A stretch of 64,000 nt of DNA from Flavobacteriales bacterium (GTDB lineage: Bacteria > Bacteroidota > Bacteroidia > Flavobacteriales_D > CAJJDF01). Of the stretch, positions 9,102 through 17,470 are shown piece after piece. The DNA lies in contig CBFHPW010000012.1 of assembly GCA_965657945.1 (NCBI GenBank), positions 2,109 to 66,108 of the forward strand, given 5' to 3'. Position numbers and translations under genes: made by a program. Below the pieces are notes generated by a model. That model had not been told where the DNA came from, did no database searches, and saw only the letters and a list, made by a program, of their open reading frames with translations. The number at the start of each line of letters is the position of its first letter. Positions within the stretch are counted from its first letter, which is position 1.

Positions 9102-9542
9102 ATGGAGATATCGATGAAGCAAGTAAATCAAATTAAAATAAATAATTACTCGTTATTGAAGAGCCAATTAGCTATAAAATATGATGGTAAGTTAACTTTT
9201 ATTGCTTCCTCTAAGGGTGGTTTTGTAAGTAAATGCTATGTTCTTGAAAATGATAAAATCTACCAAATTGAAAACGTTATAACATTCGATAATAAGCCTC
9301 TCGAATCAAAAATTTTTTACAAATATGTAAGTAAATTTTCTGATGAACATATTGAGAATTCAAAATTGAGAAGCTATAGATATTACCTGTTGTTTGAAGA
9401 AGAACTATTCGAAGATAATCAGTATATATTATATTCCGGTGTTAGATTTGGTCCGAAAGCAGGCAGTGGAAAAATTCAAAATTGTTTTTATAAAAATAAG
9501 ACTCTTATTGTGGATCTAATTAGAACACAATGGATGGGTTAA
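9102..9542 (+). CDS. Hypothetical protein
   Basis: 146-aa ORF co-directional with its neighbours; no motif recognised. Confidence 0.6.
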   Translation: MEISMKQVNQIKINNYSLLKSQLAIKYDGKLTFIASSKGGFVSKCYVLENDKIYQIENVITFDNKPLESKIFYKYVSKFSDEHIENSKLRSYRYYLLFEEELFEDNQYILYSGVRFGPKAGSGKIQNCFYKNKTLIVDLIRTQWMG

Positions 9543-9697
9543 TTTTTGTTTTAATCCACTAACTATTCAAAGGTTTCTTTTAAATCATCTTTAACTTTAA
9601 TCAAATGATTCGATTTTTTTTAATGAATAAAAACAAGTTTTCATTAAATTCTAATGTTCAAATTGTATTTTTCAGTCAAATTTTATAATTTTAATGT

Positions 9698-9874
9698 ATG
9701 AGATGTAATGGGAAAATCAATGGAAAAGGTTGTGGCTCAAGATTATACAAGTGTCCTAAGTGTGCAACCACTGGCTGTAAAAACAAAAGTAACGGAGTTG
9801 AATGCTCCAACAGCATTAAAAAAGATTCTGGCGGGACTTGTAAAAATTGCGGCAGCCATGTAAAACCAATTTAA
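9698..9874 (+). CDS. 58-aa Cys-rich miniprotein (8 Cys; putative zinc finger)
   Basis: MRCNGKINGKGCGSRLYKCPKCATTGCKNKSNGVECSNSIKKDSGGTCKNCGSHVKPI*, translated by hand. It contains CPKC and CKNC and ends 10 nt before the next ATG. Confidence 0.7.
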   Translation: MRCNGKINGKGCGSRLYKCPKCATTGCKNKSNGVECSNSIKKDSGGTCKNCGSHVKPI

Positions 9875-9884
9875 CCAGTATTAA

Positions 9885-10508
9885 ATGGAAGAAATAAATA
9901 AATCTGAACTAGAAAGTGCTATTTCCAAATTATCGGAAATAGCTGATAAAATTGAAAATAATAGCTTTGAGGAGTTTTCTAATAAATTTGACTTTAGCTT
10001 TGTTGACTTTATAAAATCCTCCGACTTTACTTTGAGTAACGCTCATTTAGAGAAGATATTAGAAAAAGTAAGAACTGAAGGTTCAAATAATAATGGCAAC
10101 TCATTTAAAATTGCTGAAAAGAATATTTTTGATTTGAATACAAAGAACCAAAAAACACTCTTCAATCTGTCATTTTTACATCTTTCAGTTACCTTTAGAT
10201 ACACTGTTTTCAACACTCTTGACAATGAAGCGGAATGGGGGGATAATTACAGAGACTGGCTAAAACTTTTAGTTCAAATTTTTAACATTGAAGATTTAGA
10301 CGATTATCATAGGTTTATATATTTGGAGAATTCACATGATTTTGACTCTGAACTACTATCCTTTGAAATTTTAAAATTATTACCCTCAGAAGTTAAGAAT
10401 CTATATATTGATTTCATTGACGCATGGTTCAATGAAATAAAATTAGATGACGATATACAAGATACTGCTGATTTCTTAGTGAACTATTTAAGAGAAAAGC
10501 TAAATTAA
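9885..10508 (+). CDS. Hypothetical acidic protein
   Basis: 207-aa ORF; no motif recognised. Confidence 0.65.
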   Translation: MEEINKSELESAISKLSEIADKIENNSFEEFSNKFDFSFVDFIKSSDFTLSNAHLEKILEKVRTEGSNNNGNSFKIAEKNIFDLNTKNQKTLFNLSFLHLSVTFRYTVFNTLDNEAEWGDNYRDWLKLLVQIFNIEDLDDYHRFIYLENSHDFDSELLSFEILKLLPSEVKNLYIDFIDAWFNEIKLDDDIQDTADFLVNYLREKLN

Positions 10509-10597
10509 CAATTCCGATATTACTTTAAGAATCCAAAAAAAACAGCATTTAAATTAGGATTCTGTAATACAGATCAAGATAAAAAAATTTGAAATAA

Positions 10598-10999
10598 ATG
10601 ACAACAAGAGCAAATTGTTATAATACGGGAATCGCAAGTGAATATTTAATTATGTCACACTTATTTAGATTAGAAATTGAGTCATATCTTAGTTTAGGAA
10701 ATGAAAAGTCTATAGATATTAGAGCCTTTAAAAATGATGGGACTCCCATTTCTATTGATGTTAAATCCGTTAGAGGATATAGCTCCTTGGTTGTTAATAA
10801 TATTGAGTCAAAGATCGACCATTTTATTGTTTTCGTAATTTATAAAAATAAATTTTCAGACCTCACATCCTTACCTGATATATTTATCGTTCCAAGTACC
10901 AACCTTCCAAAAATCACATCTCAATGGAAAGATCAAAAACGAGTCATGAAGAGTAGTTTAATTGAATACCAGAATAAATGGAACAATTTAATTAGTTAG
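10598..10999 (+). CDS. PD-(D/E)xK superfamily nuclease (restriction-endonuclease-like)
   Basis: Helix with G..SE (NTGIASEYLI), then SIDI and IDVKS, giving the E...D...D/ExK core arrangement. Confidence 0.7.
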   Translation: MTTRANCYNTGIASEYLIMSHLFRLEIESYLSLGNEKSIDIRAFKNDGTPISIDVKSVRGYSSLVVNNIESKIDHFIVFVIYKNKFSDLTSLPDIFIVPSTNLPKITSQWKDQKRVMKSSLIEYQNKWNNLIS

Positions 11000-11076
11000 A
11001 TATTTATTTATTGAAATACATTTAAAATACTTCATTTCGAAATTCAAAAAAGCTCACAGACTACGTTACTGAAAAA

Positions 11077-11466
11077 ATGAAGAATGATTATCTAAATTTA
11101 GAGCAGCTTGCCTTTCGTGAAATAATTAACTGTTGGTAACGTTTAAAATTAATTTTAAACATCATAATTCTCCATTTGACTAAGTATAGTGCGAAGAATG
11201 GTGTTTTCATGAGTAGCCTACATAAGAATCGTCCCTTAATCTCCAATGCACTTCATTTAGGATTTAGTAAAATAAAAGTTGGAAAATTTTTACTCAAATT
11301 AATCCAGTCTGAGTATTCTGGTTCAGCTCCAGGCTTTTTTATTATATGACACGACCATTGAAAAGCAACGGATTCTAAAATAATTAAAGCTATTCATTTG
11401 GATTTATTTAAATCTGAAGTATGAGTTATAGATTTTCGAGAATCTCAAATACCTGATTGGATTTAA
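11077..11466 (+). pseudogene. Possible decayed gene: 130-codon frame with one TAA and three TGA, no frameshift needed
   Basis: From 11140 to 11463 the frame has no TAA/TAG, only TGA at 11347, 11359 and 11422. It reads ...GFFII(W)HDH(W)KATDSKIIKAIHLDLFKSEV(W)VIDFRESQIPDWI. Confidence 0.35.
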
Positions 11467-11471
11467 ATCAT

Positions 11472-12155
11472 TCAATCATCAAAATTGAAATCTGAGTCTT
11501 GTTGGGACATATTTTGCTCTAATTCAAAATGAAATGTATCCATTAATAATTTTAAATCAGACCATAACAACCTGTCTGACCTGCCAAATAACCAAGATGA
11601 TTCCAAATTATACAGATCTTCAATTTTTTGGGTTTTAATTTCACTTTTCATACCAAACCAGCTTGTTTTAACTTGAGTAATTTTGAAACCTCGAAATTTT
11701 ATATTATAACTGTTATCCTTTAAAACAATTCTATACAAGCATTCCAACCCCACATCTCTTTGTTCAGAAGTTAGGAGTAAAGTTCGAACTTGACTTATAC
11801 TAAGAGTAATCTGACCGATTAAAGTATCATTACCAGAACCACAAGGTTCTTTTATCTCATCAGCAATGCTCAATTCTGCATTGTGAAGCTTTAATTTATA
11901 AGTAAAACTGGCACTATTAAATAAATTACTTCGACCATTAATACAGAATTCAGATAAACTTCTTGTTAAATCAGACATTGTTTTTACCGATGTATAGTTT
12001 TCACAGAGTGTAATTGATTGAGACTTTATTTTTTTGCTGTTATATTCAAACTGAACTTTATCATTATGAATAGGTAATTTCCAATCTAAATTAAATTGCG
12101 AAAAACTATTGAGGAAAAGTCCAACGAAAAAAACTAACGGTATAAATTTATTTAT
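11472..12155 (-). CDS. Secreted hypothetical protein; true N-terminus appears to begin at ATA 12155 (ORF track starts at internal ATG 11978)
   Basis: The frame stays open 59 codons upstream of 11978 and encodes a signal-peptide-like (M)NKFIPLVFFVGLFLNSFSQ, preceded by TAAATC. Confidence 0.6.
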   Translation of the reverse strand: MNKFIPLVFFVGLFLNSFSQFNLDWKLPIHNDKVQFEYNSKKIKSQSITLCENYTSVKTMSDLTRSLSEFCINGRSNLFNSASFTYKLKLHNAELSIADEIKEPCGSGNDTLIGQITLSISQVRTLLLTSEQRDVGLECLYRIVLKDNSYNIKFRGFKITQVKTSWFGMKSEIKTQKIEDLYNLESSWLFGRSDRLLWSDLKLLMDTFHFELEQNMSQQDSDFNFDD

Positions 12156-12530
12156 GATTTAAATTTATAATAAACACTGTTCTAAGGTAATAAAAAAAAC
12201 GACATAAAAAATCTGATTTTAAATCCAATTTCAATAAAGATTAATTACTAAAATTTAAATAAAACGCAATATTTATTAATTGTACAAAATCAAAAAAACT
12301 AATAAAATATTAAAAAAAGAAAAGTCTCAAATTTAAAAATCACATAATAGATTAAACAATATTAAAACAACTTAAAACTCTTTCTTTTTAGGGATTATTT
12401 CGAATATAAAACTGATACAAGAAACAATAAATATGAGAGAAATTCAAAGCCTAATAAAGTCGCGAAAATTTCATATTTTTAAACATAATTATTATTAATT
12501 TTTATTTTTAAAAATAAAACATCTTATTGT

Positions 12531-12866
12531 ATGAAACGAATCATAATTGTAGCGTCCATAATATTTCTATCTATGCATGTGAAATCACAAAAAATTGTGG
12601 TTACCGAATATGCCAATCAAGCTGATTTGAAAGTATTTGTGGTAGGCTATGCCAATCAGGCTGACTTAAAAGTGTTTAAAGTTGAATATTCCAATCAAGC
12701 CAAAGGCAACGAGGGCCTTTGGCATTTTGTAAAATATAATAATCAAGCAGAAAAGAAAATCTATTTTGTTGATTATGTAAGCCAAAGTGATTTGAAAGTT
12801 TTTTTTGTAAACTATAAAAATCAAGCAGGCTGGAATAAGAAATCCAAACAACATTTAATGTATTAA
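12531..12866 (+). CDS. DUF6150-like secreted protein with short internal repeats
   Basis: Signal peptide, then repeated Y.NQADLKVF.V units and GNEGLWHFV. Confidence 0.75.
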   Translation: MKRIIIVASIIFLSMHVKSQKIVVTEYANQADLKVFVVGYANQADLKVFKVEYSNQAKGNEGLWHFVKYNNQAEKKIYFVDYVSQSDLKVFFVNYKNQAGWNKKSKQHLMY

Positions 12867-13231
12867 TAATCTCTCCGGGAGTTTCTTCTTTTCACTCTAT
12901 CTCTTATTTTTTCAACCGTCATTTCCGCAACACTCGGTCTCCCTTTTTTAATCCATTCTTCAATTTGTTTCCGAGAAAAGGTTAAGGGCTTTCCTGAAGT
13001 AACAACCGGTATTTCTCCTCTCGATACTTTGGTGTAAATAGTCTTCTCCTTATACCCTGTTATCTCAGCAACCTCTTGAAGGTAAATCATATCAGTTTCA
13101 TAATTCTCGAGTTCATTTGAATTTTCAATACTTTGGAGCTCGATAAACAAATCAAATACAATTTCTCGCAATATTTCTTTGAGCTCACCTACTGTAAGGG
13201 CAAAACTTGGTTTATTATCTTCTGTTGTCAT
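12863..13231 (-). CDS. Excisionase-like helix-turn-helix protein (HTH_17/MerR-like)
   Basis: IYLQEVAEITGYKEKTIYTKVSRGEIP...KPLTFSRKQIEEWI; located in an integrase module. Confidence 0.85.
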   Translation of the reverse strand: MTTEDNKPSFALTVGELKEILREIVFDLFIELQSIENSNELENYETDMIYLQEVAEITGYKEKTIYTKVSRGEIPVVTSGKPLTFSRKQIEEWIKKGRPSVAEMTVEKIRDRVKRRNSRRDY

Positions 13232-13429
13232 TATTTTTTTTTATTATAACTAAACAATGTGTCAGCTTTCTTTTACAAAAAAAGTCATTGTAACAGATCA
13301 AAAAGACAAAAAGGTACTCCGTTCGGAGTAATAGCGATATGGAAAAATTAAAACCCTTGTATACCAGTTATTTACAAGATAGCTAACTTGAAAAAGTTAG
13401 GAGTTCAATATTAATCCGGAGTTGAAAAA

Positions 13430-14578
13430 TCATGTTTTTGGACTATTTTCAATTGTTGATTTAAATTTTGTAACAATCTCAATAAGCTTTTCACATCTTT
13501 TGCTGTTTTTTCCTGACGCATCAGAAATTTTTTTGGCATGTGCTATATTTATAACTTCACCCTTATTGGGTTTATTCTTAACCGTTATTTTAAAACATAA
13601 CGTTCCTATTTGCCATTTTGCAGTTCCCGATATATGGTTACAAATATTGGCTGAATCGATTGCTTGAATAAATTTTCTCAACTCAAAATAAGTCCCAATC
13701 CAAATTAATTTATTTTCATTGGAAATAACAGCTGGTTGAAATAAACTAATAAAGGACTTGAAATTAGTTTCATGATGAAGAAAATCATCTTTTAATTGAT
13801 TAAAAATTTCAACAAAATTAACGAATCTAAAGTTTTTGGACTCGAATATAGACTGGTCTTGAAAATATTTTTGAATAAAGAATGTTTGATATTTTAAATT
13901 GATCTCGGAATTAACTCTTATTCCTTTTTTTACAAATTCATATTCACTTAAAAACAATTCACAATTCCATGTTAACGCTCCTTTTACAAAACTATCTTTC
14001 CTTTTGTTAAAATTATTGATCCAACTTTTTAATGTTAAGGTTAAGTTTTCGGAAAAAAAACCTTCTGAATATTGAATTAAAACAATGTCCAAAGATTTTA
14101 AATAACGATCAAAATCTGAATGATAAAGAAACTCCAAATTGAAATCAAGAAATTTTTCCAAAAACTTGTATCCATTCTCGAAGTGCTTTAACCTTCTCGC
14201 AAACCAAAATTCAAAATCTGATAGTAAGGGAGTAATAAAAATTGATTGTTCGTGGGAAAAAAAATCATTTTGATATGGAAAAAATCCCAGTTTAACGAGT
14301 TCAAAAAAACTCTTACATTGTCTGTATTGATTCATTTGAACAATAGAGTATGAATCCATAGTTTTATGGGACACAAAAGGCTCAATAGCTTTAAATTCTG
14401 AAGCAGAACCTTCCTTAGATTGATTCAAATAAGCTGTAATAACCAATTCTTCATATCGTTGCTTTAACATCTCTGTGGTTTCGAAGGAACTTTTTCCCTC
14501 TAAAAACTCTAATGCTTCAATTCTCCATATTTGACCTAAATCAATTCTGTAATATTCTAACTCATAGTTTACATCCAT
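13430..14578 (-). CDS. Hypothetical protein coupled to the integrase
   Basis: 382-aa ORF starting 1 nt after the integrase stop; no motif recognised. Confidence 0.7.
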   Translation of the reverse strand: MDVNYELEYYRIDLGQIWRIEALEFLEGKSSFETTEMLKQRYEELVITAYLNQSKEGSASEFKAIEPFVSHKTMDSYSIVQMNQYRQCKSFFELVKLGFFPYQNDFFSHEQSIFITPLLSDFEFWFARRLKHFENGYKFLEKFLDFNLEFLYHSDFDRYLKSLDIVLIQYSEGFFSENLTLTLKSWINNFNKRKDSFVKGALTWNCELFLSEYEFVKKGIRVNSEINLKYQTFFIQKYFQDQSIFESKNFRFVNFVEIFNQLKDDFLHHETNFKSFISLFQPAVISNENKLIWIGTYFELRKFIQAIDSANICNHISGTAKWQIGTLCFKITVKNKPNKGEVINIAHAKKISDASGKNSKRCEKLIEIVTKFKSTIENSPKT

Positions 14579-14579
14579 A

Positions 14580-15698
14580 TTATATATCTAAATTAGGGAT
14601 GGCATTAGAAGCATCAATTTTCTTTTGATCGATTATTTTGGCATACACTTGGGTGGTTTTTAACTCTCTATGCCCCAGTAATTTTGAAACTGTATAAATA
14701 TCTGTTCCATTTGTTAATTGAAGAGTGGCATAAGTGTGACGCCCACAATGAAAAGTTATTGTTTTTGTTATACCAGCTTTTAGGACCCACTGCTGAAGTT
14801 TCAAATTGTACCAAGCTGAATACTTGAGTCCTTTAAAAATTTGTTCTTCAGAATCACCTCTTTGGGATAATAAGGAATAAGACTGATTTGAAATCGGTAA
14901 AGTCTCAACTCCTTTTGTCTTTATTTGTCTAAATCGAATAAACCAATATTCCTTATCCTTGGAATAGATTAAATCTTTCCACTTTAGATTTTGAATATCC
15001 GACCATCTTAAACCAGTTAAACAACTAAATAAGAAGGCATCTTTTAAGATTTCAACTTCACATTCGGCCTTAACTAATTTTTGTAACTCCTCAAAAGTTA
15101 AAAATTCTCGTTGTACCTCACCAGGCTTAAAACCTTTTATTTGCTGTGCCGGATTTTTAAGGATATGTTCTTCCTGATGAGCTTGTCTCAATGATGCCTT
15201 AACTTTATTAAAATAGGAATGAAGAGTGTTTTGAGATAGCTTTTTATTACTCTTTGTACGTGCTTCATCCATCAAATAACTCTTAAAATTCTCGAGAAAA
15301 AGAACATCCACCTGATTAATGGGTAGATCATTCGGACAGAACTTCAATAAATGCTTCCAAACGCTGTCCCAATTCCCATAATTATTCTTACTGTTGTAAC
15401 GTTTATCCGCTAATTGTTTAAAATATTCAACAAACATGACATTAGACTTATCCTTTTTTGACAACTCCCCTAAAGAGTTATTCTTATATGCCAAATCAAT
15501 TAACTGTTTTGCTCTTATCCTTTCAGCTGCTTCAAGTGTTTCCCGATTACTCTTCTTTTGAGTTCCTTTTGGATTGTCATAAAGAAATAGATCTAGGGAA
15601 TGGGTTGTTCTTTTTTTTATTGCAGACGGGTTGTATATATCTAAATATAATTTAGCAATACCACGACTAGTTTTTCTCTTTCTAACAGTTATCGTCAT
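14580..15698 (-). CDS. Tyrosine recombinase / site-specific integrase (Bacteroidota arm-binding + SAM-like + catalytic domains)
   Basis: TGLRWSD (Arg I), KTK, TFHCGRHTYAT (HxxR), LLGHRELKTTQVYAK (His/Tyr). Likely start is MTITVRKRK at 15698; the ORF-track MLYLC extension overlaps the promoter box. Confidence 0.95.
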   Translation of the reverse strand: MTITVRKRKTSRGIAKLYLDIYNPSAIKKRTTHSLDLFLYDNPKGTQKKSNRETLEAAERIRAKQLIDLAYKNNSLGELSKKDKSNVMFVEYFKQLADKRYNSKNNYGNWDSVWKHLLKFCPNDLPINQVDVLFLENFKSYLMDEARTKSNKKLSQNTLHSYFNKVKASLRQAHQEEHILKNPAQQIKGFKPGEVQREFLTFEELQKLVKAECEVEILKDAFLFSCLTGLRWSDIQNLKWKDLIYSKDKEYWFIRFRQIKTKGVETLPISNQSYSLLSQRGDSEEQIFKGLKYSAWYNLKLQQWVLKAGITKTITFHCGRHTYATLQLTNGTDIYTVSKLLGHRELKTTQVYAKIIDQKKIDASNAIPNLDI

Positions 15699-15699
15699 T

Positions 15700-15797
15700 T
15701 TTGTGTTTTTTTGTGTCAAGAATAAATCTTGACACAAATATAACACAAAAACTATCTGAAAAACACAAATAACACAAAATTTTGTGTTATTTGTGTT
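15700..15797. repeat. Eight ACACAAA/TTTGTGT heptamers, including a 12-bp-stem inverted repeat (15710-15738) and a 36-bp perfect palindrome (15762-15797); putative integrase arm-type sites
   Basis: Heptamers at 15700, 15710, 15732, 15743, 15763, 15772, 15781 and 15790. Confidence 0.8.
15735..15742 (-). promoter_or_regulatory. Bacteroidota sigma70 -7 box (TATATTTG) for the integrase
   Basis: Matches TAnnTTTG, 36 nt upstream of ATG 15698. Confidence 0.6.
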
Positions 15798-15869
15798 ACA
15801 AAATATCTTTGTATAATTACAAGTAAATCAATTAGTTATGTATTATTTACTGCTGTATTTATAAACAGA

Positions 15870-17237
15870 TTACTTCCCAATACAAAACTTACTAAAAATA
15901 TTACCCAGCAACTCATCAGTAGAAATCTCACCAGTAATTTCTCCTAAAAAGTGTAGCGCTTGTCGTATGTCAATGGCTACCAAGTCACCCGGAACCCCCA
16001 TTTCGAGTGCACCCGTAACTTGAGTTATGGCCTCGTTGGCCTTGGTCAGGGCCTCGTAATGACGCACATTGGTTACCACAACTTGCTGCTCTTCCGCATT
16101 TTTTGAGTTGGTAATTTCAATGATTTTTTGAGTCAATTCTTCTAAATTATCTCCTTCAGATGCTGAAATTTGAATACAATCCAAGCCATTTAAAACAGAA
16201 TTATTCTCCAATAAATCCATCTTATTAGCCACCCAAATTACATCAATTGAGTCGCCTGTTAGTTGAGATTTTAAGACTTCAAACTCATTCTGTACCTTAT
16301 TCAAATCGTGCGAAGCGTCAAACAAATAGAGAATAATAGCCGATTTACCGGCTTTTTCAATTGCTCGTTGGATTCCTATTTTTTCAATTTCATTCTCTGT
16401 GTCGCGGATTCCTGCAGTATCAATAAATCGATATTTTATTCCCTCAATCACAATTTCGTCTTCCACAATATCACGAGTAGTTCCTGCAATATTGGATACA
16501 ATTGCTTTTTCTTCTTTCAAGAATTTATTCAGCAAAGTGGATTTACCCGAATTGGGAGCTCCGATAATGGAAATGGGTACTCCATTTTTAATCGCATTTC
16601 CAAAAGAAAATGAATCTATTAAGCTCGTTAACTTGGCCGAAATTCTGTCGAGCAGTTCATTCAGTTGGCTTCTGTCGGCAAATTCCACATCCTCTTCGCT
16701 AAAATCGAGCTCCAATTCAATGAGAGAAGCAAAATTTACCAATTCTTCTCTCAACAAATTTATTTCATCTGAAAATCCACCACGCATTTGTTGCATAGCA
16801 AGTTTGTGAGAAGCTTCGGTAGTCGAAGAAATCAAGTCCGAAATCGCCTCTGCTTGAGATAAATCAAACTTTCCGTTAGCAAAAGCACGCATGGAAAACT
16901 CACCGGGCTTGGCAAGTCTACAACTTTTGTTAAGTAATAATTTTAGTATTTCTTGTTGAATAAATACCGAACCATGGCATGCAATTTCTACCACATCTTC
17001 ACCAGTAAATGAAGCTGGATTCTTAAATACCGTCACAACCACTTCATCAAGGAGTTTTCCGTCATTTTTTATGGTACCAAAATGAGCCGTATGCGATTCG
17101 AGCGATTCTATTGATTTCGAAAACACAGTAGAAACAATGTCAAAAGCTCTGGCACCTGAAACACGAATCATAGCTATTGCACCCATTCCGTTAGCAGTTG
17201 ACAGTGCACAAATTGTATCGGTAGAATCTAAAATCAT
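15870..17237 (-). CDS. mnmE: tRNA uridine-5-carboxymethylaminomethyl(34) synthesis GTPase MnmE (TrmE)
   Basis: GAPNSGKSTLLN, GTTRD, DTAGIR, NKMD and C-terminal FSKFCIGK. Confidence 0.98.
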   Translation of the reverse strand: MILDSTDTICALSTANGMGAIAMIRVSGARAFDIVSTVFSKSIESLESHTAHFGTIKNDGKLLDEVVVTVFKNPASFTGEDVVEIACHGSVFIQQEILKLLLNKSCRLAKPGEFSMRAFANGKFDLSQAEAISDLISSTTEASHKLAMQQMRGGFSDEINLLREELVNFASLIELELDFSEEDVEFADRSQLNELLDRISAKLTSLIDSFSFGNAIKNGVPISIIGAPNSGKSTLLNKFLKEEKAIVSNIAGTTRDIVEDEIVIEGIKYRFIDTAGIRDTENEIEKIGIQRAIEKAGKSAIILYLFDASHDLNKVQNEFEVLKSQLTGDSIDVIWVANKMDLLENNSVLNGLDCIQISASEGDNLEELTQKIIEITNSKNAEEQQVVVTNVRHYEALTKANEAITQVTGALEMGVPGDLVAIDIRQALHFLGEITGEISTDELLGNIFSKFCIGK

Positions 17238-17241
17238 GTGA

Positions 17242-17249
17242 CAAAATTA
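17242..17249 (-). promoter_or_regulatory. -7 box (TAATTTTG) upstream of mnmE
   Basis: TAnnTTTG match 4 nt before the ATG; the leader would be very short or absent. Confidence 0.45.
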
Positions 17250-17433
17250 CGGTTTATTTTAATTAATCGAAGAGAATTTGTAAGGTGTTCTTTCACTCTT
17301 CTCTTCCCAAAGAAAGTGGGTTGGAATTGTATTGAAAAAATGGAGCTCTCGCAAATTTATATATGAAAGTCATTTTGATAGAAAAATGCAAAATATTAAA
17401 ACCCTAATTTTTGTAAAAGAAGGGATAAAAAAC

Positions 17434-17441
17434 TACTTTTG
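17434..17441 (+). promoter_or_regulatory. -7 box (TACTTTTG) upstream of sucD
   Basis: TAnnTTTG match 29 nt before the ATG. Confidence 0.6.
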
Positions 17442-17470
17442 AATATTCATAAAAAAACCAATCAAATACA

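Larger units (their letters stand above)
12863..15869 (-). mobile_element. Integration/excision module of an integrative element at the 3' end of mnmE; cargo probably extends leftwards to or past base 1
   Basis: Integrase, hypothetical and xis-like genes are co-directional, immediately downstream of the mnmE stop, with a repeat array between. No second att copy was found by eye. Confidence 0.75.

Noticed and set aside
11141-11160. 20-bp perfect palindrome GTTTAAAATTAATTTTAAAC
   Set aside because: Almost all A/T in an AT-rich region, single copy, no associated feature; plausible by chance.
15699-15746. ORF-track N-terminal extension MLYLC... of the integrase (similarly MYIC... at 50977 and MRYK... 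at 19411)
   Set aside because: The MLYLC and MYIC extensions overlap TAnnTTTG promoter boxes, and the greA extension lies in the leader region; downstream ATGs give family-typical N-termini.
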